A stretch of DNA of 64,000 bases from Polyangia bacterium (lineage in GTDB: Bacteria; Myxococcota_A; Polyangia; JAAYKL01). Made by a program: the position numbers and the translations under genes. This document shows, in pieces, positions 36,231 through 45,491 of this stretch; the first letter of the stretch is position 1; each line of letters begins with the position of its first letter. Location: assembly GCA_046484285.1 (NCBI GenBank), contig JAWOBP010000186.1, forward strand, positions 10,178 through 74,177. The letters run 5' to 3'. Below the pieces are notes generated by a model, which did not search any database, was not told the DNA's origin, and worked only from the letters and a program-made list of their open reading frames with translations.

Positions 36231-37553
36231 ATGAGGAAGTGGTCAGCCGGTCTGGTCGTATGTGTCGTTTTCTTGTTGCCCGTATCTGCGGCGGCGCAGC
36301 TGTGGCTACAGGACCGCGCCTCTTCCGAGGGGCCGGGGTTCAAGCTGGGAGACTCGATGGTGCTCCACCTCGGTCTGGGTGCCGAGGGCGGATACGATAC
36401 CAACGCCGTCTACCGATCCGACGACGTGGTCGATGCGGGGCGGCTGCGCATCACGCCCTACATCGATCTCGCCACGCGCGGCGACCAGCGCAGGGTCAAG
36501 GACGAGGGCGTGGTGGACGCCACGCCTCCCAAGGCCAGCTTCAAGCTGGGCGTGGCCGGCTTCTGGGACCAGTACTTCGCCGAGGAGCAGCGGGTCAAGG
36601 ACGTCAGCGATTTCGGGATCGACACCCACCTCGATTTCGTCCTCTTTCCCGAGGGCAACTTCAGCCTGCTGCTGGACGCCGTGTACCTCAGGACGCTGCA
36701 GCCGTACGAGAGCGCCTCCGACGCCAGAGCCAGGCAGCAGGTGGAGCCGGGCATCGGCGTGCGCGTGCGGCCCGGCGGCGGCACGCTCAGCCTCGAGCTC
36801 GGATACCGCCTGAGGTTCATGTACTTCGAGGACGACGTGCTGGGGGACCAGAACAACCGCCACGGGCACGAGGCGCGCTTCGAGACGCGCTGGAAGGTGT
36901 TTCCCAAGACCGCTTTGATCGGCCGGGTGACCTTCACCCCGACGGTCTACTACGAGAGCGACTCGATGAACGAGAACTCGCTGCCGGTCCGATCCTGGGC
37001 CGGGCTGCAGGGGCTGTTCACCGATCGCTTCGGCCTGATGCTGCTCGGCGGCTACGGCGCCAGCTTCTACAACGCGGGTCCCAACTTCGACAGCTTCCTG
37101 GCGCGCGGAGAATTGATGTTCTTCATCACTCCGTTTTCGCAGATACGGCTCGGCGGACAGCGCGATTTCGTCGACTCGTTCTACGCCAACTTCTACGTGA
37201 AAAACGGCGGCTATCTCTCCTACCAGCAGATGATTGGAGGGGTGGTGATGCTGACGCTCAAGGGCGACGTATTCTACCGCGACTACGCTCGCTTCGACGG
37301 ACCCACTTTCAACGGTGCGATTCCCAGCCACCAGGAGCGAAACGACGTGTGGGCCGAGGGCTCGCTGCTGGTGGAGTGGCGCGCCACCGATTGGCTCTCG
37401 TTCCACGCCTCGGGCAAGTACACCGGCGACATCACCGACTTCTACTACCAGAGCACCTACGAGGATCCGTCCACCGGAACGCAGACCACGGTCGAAACCG
37501 ATGCGGGCTTCCACAAGTTCGTCGTGCTCGGCGGCGTGCGCGGGCACTACTAG
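36231..37553 (+). CDS. outer-membrane beta-barrel protein
   Basis: Signal peptide; alternating amphipathic strands; C-terminal ...VVLGGVRGHY (terminal aromatic). Confidence 0.55.
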   Translation: MRKWSAGLVVCVVFLLPVSAAAQLWLQDRASSEGPGFKLGDSMVLHLGLGAEGGYDTNAVYRSDDVVDAGRLRITPYIDLATRGDQRRVKDEGVVDATPPKASFKLGVAGFWDQYFAEEQRVKDVSDFGIDTHLDFVLFPEGNFSLLLDAVYLRTLQPYESASDARARQQVEPGIGVRVRPGGGTLSLELGYRLRFMYFEDDVLGDQNNRHGHEARFETRWKVFPKTALIGRVTFTPTVYYESDSMNENSLPVRSWAGLQGLFTDRFGLMLLGGYGASFYNAGPNFDSFLARGELMFFITPFSQIRLGGQRDFVDSFYANFYVKNGGYLSYQQMIGGVVMLTLKGDVFYRDYARFDGPTFNGAIPSHQERNDVWAEGSLLVEWRATDWLSFHASGKYTGDITDFYYQSTYEDPSTGTQTTVETDAGFHKFVVLGGVRGHY

Positions 37554-37566
37554 CCCGCGCGGATCG

Positions 37567-38187
37567 ATGACACCTCTTTCTCCCGCGGGAACGAGACGGG
37601 CCATCCGAGCCTGGCTGGCCGCGCTGTTGCTGCTCGCCTCGTGCGGGTCGAAGGATCCCGCGACGACCATTCCGATCCAGTCTTCTCCCCAGCCGGACAC
37701 CACGCTGGGAGCGGGCGACCTGTTCGACGTGCGCGTCTTCGGCGAGAAGGACCTGACCGGCGCCTATCGCGTCGACTCGAACGGCACGATCGACTTCCCG
37801 CTGGTGGGTACGATCGAGGTCAAGGGATTGACCGCGACCGACGTGGCCGACAAGCTGGAGAGGCTGCTCGAGGAGGGGGAGTTCCTGTTCAATCCCCAGA
37901 TCTCGATCCTTGTCAAGGAGTACAACAGCAAGAAGGTCTCGGTCTTTGGCCAGGTCAAGAAACCCGGCACCTTCCCCTACCATAACAGAATGACCGTGGT
38001 GGAGGCGATCTCGCTGGCCGGCGGGTTCACCTCGATGGCCAAGACGGACAATACGACCGTGATTCGGGGCGAGGGCGATGCACAACAACGTTACAGCGTG
38101 CCGGTCGAGGATATCGGCCGGGGTCGAGCTGCCAACTTCCTGCTGAGATCGGGCGATATCGTGTTCGTGCCCGAGCGCATCTTCTGA
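37567..38187 (+). CDS. short Wza-type polysaccharide-export (PES + SLBB domain) lipoprotein
   Basis: LLLLASCGS lipobox; LGAGDLFDVRVFGEKDLTGAYRVDSNGTIDFPLVGTIEVKGLT (PES motif) and SLBB-like segment; lacks the Wza C-terminal helix. Confidence 0.7.
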   Translation: MTPLSPAGTRRAIRAWLAALLLLASCGSKDPATTIPIQSSPQPDTTLGAGDLFDVRVFGEKDLTGAYRVDSNGTIDFPLVGTIEVKGLTATDVADKLERLLEEGEFLFNPQISILVKEYNSKKVSVFGQVKKPGTFPYHNRMTVVEAISLAGGFTSMAKTDNTTVIRGEGDAQQRYSVPVEDIGRGRAANFLLRSGDIVFVPERIF

Positions 38188-38289
38188 ATTTCCCACGACC
38201 TCTGTTGACCGCGGGCTTAGTGTAGCATAGGGTGCCCGGTGTAGGTTGTACTCTTACAGAATCGCCGATCCAGGCAGGAGTGACGAGCG

Positions 38290-38478
38290 ATGGCAAAGAG
38301 CGACAAGAGAAAGCAGAGCCTGTACTTCCCCGAAGAGATGCTTCGGGAGATCACGGACGAGGCCGCGCGGCAGGATCGTTCCCTGTCGTGGATCGTGCAG
38401 AAGGCCTGGAAGATTGCCCGAACGGAGATCAAGAAGTATCCGTCGGTCAACGAGCCCGAGACCGCCGGCGGCGGCTGA
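38290..38478 (+). CDS. standalone ribbon-helix-helix (CopG-family) protein
   Basis: 62 aa, KQSLYFPEEMLREITDEAARQDRSLSWIVQKAW. Confidence 0.6.
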   Translation: MAKSDKRKQSLYFPEEMLREITDEAARQDRSLSWIVQKAWKIARTEIKKYPSVNEPETAGGG

Positions 38479-38484
38479 GCAGCG

Positions 38485-39399
38485 GTGGGAGGCTCCACTG
38501 CGCGACCTCTGGGCTCCGCCGCCGAGACGTTCACCGCTCTCGGCGGCGACGGGGTCGAGCTTCACTGCGAGAGGGTCGGAAGCGGTCCGCCGCTGCTGCT
38601 CAGCGACGGTCTGCTCTGCGAGGGGCACGTCTGGAAGTACCTCGTCCCAGAGCTCTTTTCGGACTGGGAGTGCCTGCACTGGCATTACCCGGGCCACGGC
38701 GAGTCCGCAGAGCCGCCGCCCTGGTCCGAGCTCTCACCCGAGAGGCTGGCCGACGACGCGGCGGCCGTGGCCGAGAGCGCCGGCGCCGAGAGCCTGGTGG
38801 CGGTGGGGCACAGCCTCGGCGTGCAGGTCTCGCTGGAGCTGTGGCACCGCCATCCCGAGCTGGTGCGAGCGCTGATCCTGGTCTGCGGCGCTCCGGGCAG
38901 GATTGTCGAGAGCTTTCATCAAAGCGCGTTGCTCGAGCACTTGATACCGCTGCTGGGAGTCGCGGCGCGCTTTCTTCCGGAGCAGACCTCGACGTTGTGG
39001 CGCAAGATACCGTTCGGCGCCCTGATGAGGCCCGCCCTGTTGACCGGAGAGGTCAATCCGCGCTTGGTTCGCACCCGCGATCTCGCCGACTACTTCGCGC
39101 GGTTGGGGCGAGTCGATTTTCGCGTCGCGCTGAGCCTGCTGGAGAGCTTCGGCCGCCACGACGCCACTCCTTACCTGGAGAGGATAGACGTTCCGACCCT
39201 GGTGGTGGCCGGCGCCGAAGACAGCTTTACCCCGCCGGCGCGCTCCAGTGAGATGGCGCGTGAGATACCGGGCGCCGAGTTGATGCTGGTTCCGGGCGGC
39301 ACGCACTCGCTGCCGATCGAGCGTCCCGAGCTGGTCAATCTCCGGATCGAGCGGTTCTTGAACGAGCGCCTCCCTTCCACCAACCGGCCACCCCGCTGA
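38485..39399 (+). CDS. alpha/beta-fold hydrolase
   Basis: GHSLG nucleophile elbow, HGESA, C-terminal DS...GGTH triad context; 3' end overlaps convergent helicase gene by approx 65 nt. Confidence 0.75.
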   Translation: MGGSTARPLGSAAETFTALGGDGVELHCERVGSGPPLLLSDGLLCEGHVWKYLVPELFSDWECLHWHYPGHGESAEPPPWSELSPERLADDAAAVAESAGAESLVAVGHSLGVQVSLELWHRHPELVRALILVCGAPGRIVESFHQSALLEHLIPLLGVAARFLPEQTSTLWRKIPFGALMRPALLTGEVNPRLVRTRDLADYFARLGRVDFRVALSLLESFGRHDATPYLERIDVPTLVVAGAEDSFTPPARSSEMAREIPGAELMLVPGGTHSLPIERPELVNLRIERFLNERLPSTNRPPR

Positions 39400-41287
39400 T
39401 CTCGTCGGTCACCGGACAGCTGGGCAGGGAGGCGAAGAACGTCCTGGCATACCCGCGCGATCGCAGCCTGCGGTCCAGCACGGCGACCACCCCGCGGTCC
39501 TTGCGTGATCGAATCAGTCGCCCGAAGCCCTGCTTGAGCGCCAGCGCGGCGCGGGGAAGCTGATAGTCGACGAACGGCCGACCGTCGTGCTCTGCGATGT
39601 GCTCGAGGCGGGCGGAGGTGATCGGATCCCCGGGAGGGTCGAACGGCAGCTTGTCGATCACCACCAGTCGCAGCGCGTCGCCCGGCAGGTCGACTCCCTG
39701 CCAGAAGCTGGTGGTGGCGACCAGCACCGAGCCGCGATCGGCGACGAAGCGCTCGAGCAGCACCGACTTGGGAGCCGAGCCCTGCACGAGCAGCGGGCCG
39801 GGTGTTCTGCCCTCCAGCCGCTCGTGGACGCCGCTCATGTTGCGCAGCGAGGTGCACAGCACCAGCGCGCCGCCGCCGGTGACCTCGATCAGGGCGGCCG
39901 CCTCGTCCGCGGCCTGATCGACGAACGCCGGCGATCGCGGATCATCGATCTCGTGCGGGATGTACAGACATGACTGGCTGCGGTAGTCGAACGGGGCGGG
40001 CAGCGAGATCTCCTCGACGTCGAAGTCGATGCCCAACCGCGACTCGAGGTAGTCGAAGTCCCCTCCTGTCGAGAGCGTGGCGCTGGTCAGCACCACCGCG
40101 GGTACGCGGAAGAAGACGCTTTCGCGCAGCCGCTCCGACACGTCGATCGGAGAGCAGCCCAGCACAGTGGAGCGCGGGCGGCGGTCGACCCAGTGGACCT
40201 GGCCCGGCTGCCGGGAGTCGAGAATCGTCGCCAGATCCCCGCGCAGGGCGACGTGGCGATCGGCGAGCTGGTCGAGGACCGCGTCGCGCCCCCTGTGCGT
40301 CTCGAGCGATAGCTGCAGCGCCTCGAGCGTGGAGTCCAGGCGGTGATAGGCGGCGCGGCAATTCTCGTCCAGGGCGCGCGGCTCCAGTGCGCTGCGTCCG
40401 GGCGACCGATTGCGGAAAAAACCGAACAGCGCCCTGGTCAGCGCGCGCGATTTTTCGATCGTCGCGACGCGCCGCGCGGCGTCCCGGTCGTCTTCCAACT
40501 CGGTTGCGTCGAGAGTCGCGCGCGTGTCGTCCAGCAGGCGCAGCACGCGCCCTGAGGGCACCTTGACGCTGAAGAACTCGGTGGCGATGTCCTCCACCAG
40601 GTGGGCCTCGTCCAGGATCAGGACGTCGTGCTCTGGAAGCAGGGTTCCTCCCCTCTCGCGCGTGGCGCAGTCCGCGAAGTAGAGGTGATGATTGACCACG
40701 ATCACCGAGGCCTGCATGGCCTGCTTGCGGGCGCGGGTCACGTGGCAGCTGTCGAACAAAGGGCAGCGCTGGCCGATGCGTGTCTCGCGAGTGGAGCAGA
40801 CCTCGCGCCAGAGAGGATCGTCGTCCGCCAGCGAGTCCAGCTCCATGCGGTCGCCGGAGGCGGTCTCCCCGCCCCAGGCGACCAGCCGCGCAACGTTCTC
40901 GGCGGGGTGCGCCAGCGACTTGGGCGAGTGCGAGAAGGCATGCAGGCGCCTGCGGCACAGGTAGTTGTCCTGTCCCTTGAGGTAGGCCGCGTCGACATCC
41001 ATCTCGAGCGCCTCGCCGATGAAGGCCAGGTCCTTGAAGAATATCTGCTCTTGCAGGTTGCGGGTTCCGGTAGAGACGATCGCCCGCAGCCCGGACAGGA
41101 TCGAGGGCAACAGGTAGGCCAGCGTCTTGCCGGTTCCGGTGCCTGCCTCGGCGAGCAGCACGCCGCCTCGCTCGATCGTCCTTTCGACCGCCAGCGCCAT
41201 CTCGACCTGTGCCGGGCGCGGCTCCCAGCGGGGATGCGAGGAGGCGATCGGGCCTTCTCGTGAAAAAATCTCGTCCAGCTCGCTCAA
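39335..41287 (-). CDS. dinG: ATP-dependent DNA helicase, DinG/Rad3 family
   Basis: 650 aa; AGTGTGKTLAYLLP (motif I), LILDEAHLVED (DEAH), C-terminal helicase_C_2 motifs (ATTSFWQGVDLPG, VVIDKLPF). Confidence 0.85.
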   Translation of the reverse strand: MSELDEIFSREGPIASSHPRWEPRPAQVEMALAVERTIERGGVLLAEAGTGTGKTLAYLLPSILSGLRAIVSTGTRNLQEQIFFKDLAFIGEALEMDVDAAYLKGQDNYLCRRRLHAFSHSPKSLAHPAENVARLVAWGGETASGDRMELDSLADDDPLWREVCSTRETRIGQRCPLFDSCHVTRARKQAMQASVIVVNHHLYFADCATRERGGTLLPEHDVLILDEAHLVEDIATEFFSVKVPSGRVLRLLDDTRATLDATELEDDRDAARRVATIEKSRALTRALFGFFRNRSPGRSALEPRALDENCRAAYHRLDSTLEALQLSLETHRGRDAVLDQLADRHVALRGDLATILDSRQPGQVHWVDRRPRSTVLGCSPIDVSERLRESVFFRVPAVVLTSATLSTGGDFDYLESRLGIDFDVEEISLPAPFDYRSQSCLYIPHEIDDPRSPAFVDQAADEAAALIEVTGGGALVLCTSLRNMSGVHERLEGRTPGPLLVQGSAPKSVLLERFVADRGSVLVATTSFWQGVDLPGDALRLVVIDKLPFDPPGDPITSARLEHIAEHDGRPFVDYQLPRAALALKQGFGRLIRSRKDRGVVAVLDRRLRSRGYARTFFASLPSCPVTDEISGVAGWWKGGARSRTARSGD

Positions 41288-41544
41288 AGGACGTACCGCA
41301 GGATCAGGAAGGCCAGCAGAGCCGCCGTCGCGCCGAACAGAACCGCGGCGACCGGATCGATCCCGGTCGCCCGCAGGATGCGCCTGGCGCGTACCGCGAT
41401 GCCGTGGTCGTCCGAGATTTCCCGCGCCCGCCGCGCCGAAGATCGCGCCAGCTTGAAGTCGCCGGCGCGGTAGGCGCGCTCGGCGCGTTCGATTGTCTCT
41501 CGTGCGCTCGTCACGCAGCGGATTCTACGGCCGACGCGTCCCAA
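41284..41544 (-). CDS. small C-terminally membrane-anchored protein, hypothetical
   Basis: 86 aa ending AAVLFGATAALLAFLILRYVL; 4-nt overlap with helicase start; weak support. Confidence 0.3.
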   Translation of the reverse strand: MGRVGRRIRCVTSARETIERAERAYRAGDFKLARSSARRAREISDDHGIAVRARRILRATGIDPVAAVLFGATAALLAFLILRYVL

Positions 41545-41623
41545 CGGTCAATCTTTCACAGCGCAGGCGGTGAGACGAAAACAAAGGTGGATGCCGCAGA
41601 AATTTGACATGCCGACAAGATAT

Positions 41624-41639
41624 CTTACTATATAGTAAG
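41624..41639. promoter_or_regulatory. perfect 16-bp palindrome CTTACTATATAGTAAG in AT-rich leader (putative VapB operator)
   Basis: Read directly, 27 nt upstream of the vapB ATG inside an AT-rich stretch (41600-41665). Confidence 0.45.
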
Positions 41640-41665
41640 ACTTTTTTATTTGTAAGGAAGAGCAT

Positions 41666-41914
41666 ATGTCAGTAGCTACCATGACGAGCAAAGGGCAGAT
41701 AACGGTACCTCGGGCGATCCGAAAGCGACTGGGTTTGAGGCCCGGTGACAGGCTGGATTTCGTGATCGAGCGGGACGGCAGGATCCTGATCAACCCCGAG
41801 AACAAGCGATTGGAGGATGTTTTCGGTCTTCTCGCTCATCGGGCGGGGCGCGCCGTGTCGGTGGAGGAGATGGACGAGCGTGTGGCCGCGCGAATGCGCG
41901 AGGATAGGCAGTGA
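41666..41914 (+). CDS. vapB: AbrB/MazE/SpoVT-family antitoxin (VapB-like)
   Basis: MSVATMTSKGQITVPRAIRKRLGLRPGDRLDFV (swapped-hairpin signature). Confidence 0.75.
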   Translation: MSVATMTSKGQITVPRAIRKRLGLRPGDRLDFVIERDGRILINPENKRLEDVFGLLAHRAGRAVSVEEMDERVAARMREDRQ

Positions 41915-42315
41915 AGGCTCTCGATACCAACATTCTGGTTCGCCTCCTCCTCGACGACGATCCGGCTCAGAGCAAGACGGTTCGTCGTCTGTTCCAGACG
42001 GCGGAGCAAAACCGATCGAAGCTGCTCGTTTGCGATCTGGTGGTGCTCGAGCTGATCTGGGTGCTCGAGGCGGTGTACGGTTGCACGAGAGACGAGGTGG
42101 TCTCGGCCCTGGAGAGCCTTCTTTCGTTGGCGGTCCTGGAGTTCGAGCACGCGGACAGGTTACGCGAGCTCGGCTTGTTGGCCAGACAAGAGAAGACAGA
42201 GCTGGCGGACCTGCTGCTAGGGATTGCCGGCAGGCATGCCGGGGGTGAGACGACGCTCACATTCGACAAGCGCGCGAGTCGGTCCGAGCTCTTTGCCGCC
42301 GCCTCTTCCGGATGA
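41911..42315 (+). CDS. vapC: PIN-domain toxin (VapC-like)
   Basis: MKALDTNILVRLLLDDD...; ATGA-type overlap with vapB. Confidence 0.8.
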   Translation: MKALDTNILVRLLLDDDPAQSKTVRRLFQTAEQNRSKLLVCDLVVLELIWVLEAVYGCTRDEVVSALESLLSLAVLEFEHADRLRELGLLARQEKTELADLLLGIAGRHAGGETTLTFDKRASRSELFAAASSG

Positions 42316-42394
42316 AGGCGAACCGTTCTTGCAAGTCGGAGCTTGACGTTCAACGAGCTTTGAGGCTATTGGCCGGTGTTGCTCTTTTTCAATT

Positions 42395-42590
42395 TTTGCC
42401 GTCGGGCAAGGGTGGATAACCGCCCTGGGAAGCCGGTGCGAATCCGGCGCGGCCCCCGCCACTGTGACCGGGGACGAAAACGGCGAGACCACTGGACGGA
42501 AACCATCGCTCGAGCGGGTGGGCCGTCTGGGAAGGCGCCGCGAGTAGGACGATCCGGAAGCCAGGAGACCTGCTCGTCGGCACCTCGAGT
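42395..42590 (+). ncRNA. cobalamin (B12) riboswitch
   Basis: Contains hallmark blocks GGGAAGCCGGTGCGAATCCGGCGCGGCCCCCGCCACTGTGA, GGGAAGGCG and B12 box GCCAGGAGACCTGC; lies in the 5' leader of 42733 gene. Confidence 0.8.
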
Positions 42591-42732
42591 CCGCGGGGTG
42601 TGCGGCTTCACGGTTCCCCGGCGTCGTCCTTGGAAGCGGCGTCCGAGACGCTCTCTTGCAGGTTCGAGGAAAAACCAGCCCGGCTCCGGTGCGGGATACG
42701 GGCGAAAGAGAGGGGAACCCGGAGGTGCTTCC

Positions 42733-43080
42733 ATGAAGACTCAAAAGCTGTTCCTGTTTTCGTTGCTGATGATGCTGGCGGTCACCGCTGCCGCCTGCTC
42801 GGACGACGACGACGACGACGGTTCCGGTTCCGACGCGGACACCGACGCGGACACCGACGCGGACACCGACGCGGACACGGACGCGGACACGGACACCGAC
42901 ACGGACACCGACACGGACACCGACACCGACACGGACACGGACACCGACACCGACACGGACACGGACACCGACACCGATACGGACACGGACACCGACACGG
43001 ACACCGACACCGATACGGACACGGACACCGACACCGATACGGACACGGACACCGACACCGATGGCGACGCCGGACCGTAA
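42733..43080 (+). CDS. mini-lipoprotein consisting of lipobox plus (Asp-Thr/Asp-Ala)n tail only
   Basis: MKTQKLFLFSLLMMLAVTAAAC-SDDDDDDGSGS(DADT)n(DTDT)n...GDAGP; GGAGGT RBS; downstream of B12 riboswitch. Confidence 0.55.
   Translation: MKTQKLFLFSLLMMLAVTAAACSDDDDDDGSGSDADTDADTDADTDADTDADTDTDTDTDTDTDTDTDTDTDTDTDTDTDTDTDTDTDTDTDTDTDTDTDTDTDTDTDTDGDAGP
42826..43070. repeat. tandem 12-bp-periodic GACACC/GACGCG/GACACG repeat (coding for DT/DA repeats)
   Basis: Read directly; same repeat family recurs at 48780-48960, 54610-54800, 60240-60330. Confidence 0.8.
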
Positions 43081-43167
43081 CCCGGTAGCAGATTGATTGA
43101 TGAGACCGAAGGGCGAGGCGATCGATGATCGCCTCGCCTTTTTTCTCCCGGGCCGATTTCTCTAGCG

Positions 43168-44616
43168 ATGAGAATGCGCCGACTCGATAGCTTTCGCCTC
43201 GAGCTGAGGCGGCGAGGCTCGATGAAGACCGGTGCCCTGGTCTATCTCCACGAGCGGATGGAACCGGAGCGCGAGGCATTGTCGCAGCTTTGCGACGCCG
43301 CCTCGCTGGACGGGGAGGCGATCGTGCTGGCAACTCCGGATATCCACACCGGGTACGGAGTCCCGATCGGCTCGGTGATCGCCTCTCCGAGCCTGATCTC
43401 GCCGGCGGCCGTGGGTTACGACGTGAGCTGCGGAATGCGGCTCTTACTATCGCCGCTCGACGCCGTGGAAGCTCCGTTCGGAGAGATCTGCCGCGCGATC
43501 AGAGAAGAGCTGCCTCTGGGCGAGGGGAAACGCAACAGGCGTTTCGAGCTGAAAGAGCGCCAGCTGAAGCTGGTTCTGGAGCGGGGGGTGGCCGGGCTGG
43601 TCGACGTGACCGCGAATGACGCCGAGCTGGCGCGAGTGGTCGACCCGGAGAGGACCGGGATCGACAGGCGTCGAATCGAGGACGGCGGAGCGCTGGAAGG
43701 AGAGCCTGGCGAGGTGTCGTCGAGGGCCGTTCGGCGGGGGCTGTCCCAACTCGGCACGCTGGGGGGCGGCAATCATTTCGTCGAGATACAAAAAGTGGAG
43801 GAGCTGCCGGACGAGTCGGCCGGGCGAGCGCTGGGCATGCGCCAGGGACAGCTGGCGGTCATGATCCACACCGGATCGAGGGGGCTCGGTCACCAGGTCG
43901 CCGGCGATCACATGCGAATCGCGAACGACGCGGCCGGGCGCTACGGGATTCCCCGGCCCAGTCGCCAGCTCTCCTGCATGCCGGCCGACTCGCCGGAGGG
44001 GATCGCCTACCTCGGCGCGATGCGGGCCGCCGCCAACTTCGCCTCGGCCAACAGGCAGGTGATAGCCGAGATCGTGCGCGGTGCTTTCGCGCGGGTCCTG
44101 GAGAGCCGGGCCGGGCTGAGCACGGTCTACGACGTCTCGCACAACGTGGCCAAGCGCGAGAAGCACGGCGGGCGGTGGTTGTACGTGCATCGCAAGGGGG
44201 CGACCCGCGCCTTTCCGCCGGCACGGATGCGCGGATCGGACTTCGCGCGAATTGGACAGCCGGTGCTCGTGCCCGGGTCGATGGGCACGGCGAGCTACGT
44301 GCTGCTTCCCGGCGAGCGGGTCGACGAGTCGCTGTGCTCGGTCAACCACGGCGCGGGCCGAGCGATGAGCAGAACGGCGGCGGCGGGCAAGATTCGCAGG
44401 CGCGATGGCAAGGTGATCCGTCCGGGAGCGATTTCGCAGAGCCGTTTTCGAGAGTCGATGCGCGGTGTTTACTTGGAATGCGAGGACCGGCGAGCGATAG
44501 TGGAGGAGGCGCCGGATGCCTACAAGGACATCGACTTGGTGGTCGAGACCGTCGAGGGCGCCGGGCTGGGAAGAGCCGTGGCGCGGCTGGTGCCGTTGGG
44601 AGTGTTGAAGGGCTGA
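43168..44616 (+). CDS. rtcB: RNA-splicing ligase RtcB
   Basis: 482 aa; ATPDIHTGYGVPIGSV, GGGNHFVEIQ, SVNHGAGR motifs; start may be internal Met at 43222. Confidence 0.85.
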   Translation: MRMRRLDSFRLELRRRGSMKTGALVYLHERMEPEREALSQLCDAASLDGEAIVLATPDIHTGYGVPIGSVIASPSLISPAAVGYDVSCGMRLLLSPLDAVEAPFGEICRAIREELPLGEGKRNRRFELKERQLKLVLERGVAGLVDVTANDAELARVVDPERTGIDRRRIEDGGALEGEPGEVSSRAVRRGLSQLGTLGGGNHFVEIQKVEELPDESAGRALGMRQGQLAVMIHTGSRGLGHQVAGDHMRIANDAAGRYGIPRPSRQLSCMPADSPEGIAYLGAMRAAANFASANRQVIAEIVRGAFARVLESRAGLSTVYDVSHNVAKREKHGGRWLYVHRKGATRAFPPARMRGSDFARIGQPVLVPGSMGTASYVLLPGERVDESLCSVNHGAGRAMSRTAAAGKIRRRDGKVIRPGAISQSRFRESMRGVYLECEDRRAIVEEAPDAYKDIDLVVETVEGAGLGRAVARLVPLGVLKG

Positions 44617-45491
44617 TGAAGACCTACATCGAGTGTGTTCCGTGCATCGTCGAGCAGGCCGTGGAGGCCCCGCGTCGTTTCACCGGGGACGAGCAGCTGA
44701 TCGAGCGCGTCGTCAAGCGGACGATCGCCGAGCTGGTCGATTTCGATTTCGCGCGTTCTCCTCCCGAGATGGGCGGGGTGCTGCACCGCATCATGTCCGA
44801 CGAGTTGGGCGACGAGGATCCCTACCTGGAAGACAAGCGGCGCGCCAACCGCCTGGCGATCGAGCTGCTGCCCGAGCTGAGGAGGTTCGTCGAGAGCGCC
44901 GACGATCCGTTCGAGGCCGCGGTGCGGTTGGCGATCGCCGGGAACGTGATCGACTTCGGCGCTCCGGGCGGGCTGCGCGACGATCGGATCGAGTTGGCCT
45001 TCCGCGACACGGCCGACGTTTTGCTGCGCGGGGACGGCGCGGCCGGCGTGGAGCGTCTGCGCCGGCAGGCCGCGCGGGCCGAGAGGATCTTGTTCCTGGC
45101 CGACAACGCCGGCGAGATCGTGGTCGACCGTCTCTTGATCGAGCGGTTTCCCCGGGGCAGCGTGACCGTCGTGGTGCGCTCGGGGCCTGCGATCAACGAC
45201 GCGTTGCTCGAGGATGCCGAGCAGGCGGGGTTGGGCGAGGTGGCCGAGGTGATCGAGAGCGGAGCGGATCTGCCGGGGACTCCGCTTGCGTTCTGCTCCG
45301 CGGATCTGCGCGAGAGGTTCGCCGCGGCCGATTTGGTCGTCTCCAAGGGGCAGGGCAACTACGAGACCCTCTCGGACGAGCAGCGCCGGATGTTCTTCCT
45401 GCTGCGCGCCAAGTGCCCGGTGGTCGCAGGTCACATGAGCTGCGAGGTCGGGGATTACGCGGTGGCGGAGTTTCCCAGGAGCGAAAGATGA
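44616..45491 (+). CDS. DUF89 / ARMT1-like (damage-control phosphatase family) protein
   Basis: MKTYIECVPCIVEQ..., LADNAGEIVVDRLL, VSKGQGNYETL motifs typical of DUF89; TGATG overlap with rtcB stop. Confidence 0.6.
   Translation: MKTYIECVPCIVEQAVEAPRRFTGDEQLIERVVKRTIAELVDFDFARSPPEMGGVLHRIMSDELGDEDPYLEDKRRANRLAIELLPELRRFVESADDPFEAAVRLAIAGNVIDFGAPGGLRDDRIELAFRDTADVLLRGDGAAGVERLRRQAARAERILFLADNAGEIVVDRLLIERFPRGSVTVVVRSGPAINDALLEDAEQAGLGEVAEVIESGADLPGTPLAFCSADLRERFAAADLVVSKGQGNYETLSDEQRRMFFLLRAKCPVVAGHMSCEVGDYAVAEFPRSER

Noticed and set aside
42740-43090. CRISPR-like or minisatellite interpretation of the GACACC/GACGCG repeat blocks
   Set aside because: No spacers of unique sequence; the repeats are in frame inside lipoprotein genes and simply encode DT/DA dipeptide runs.
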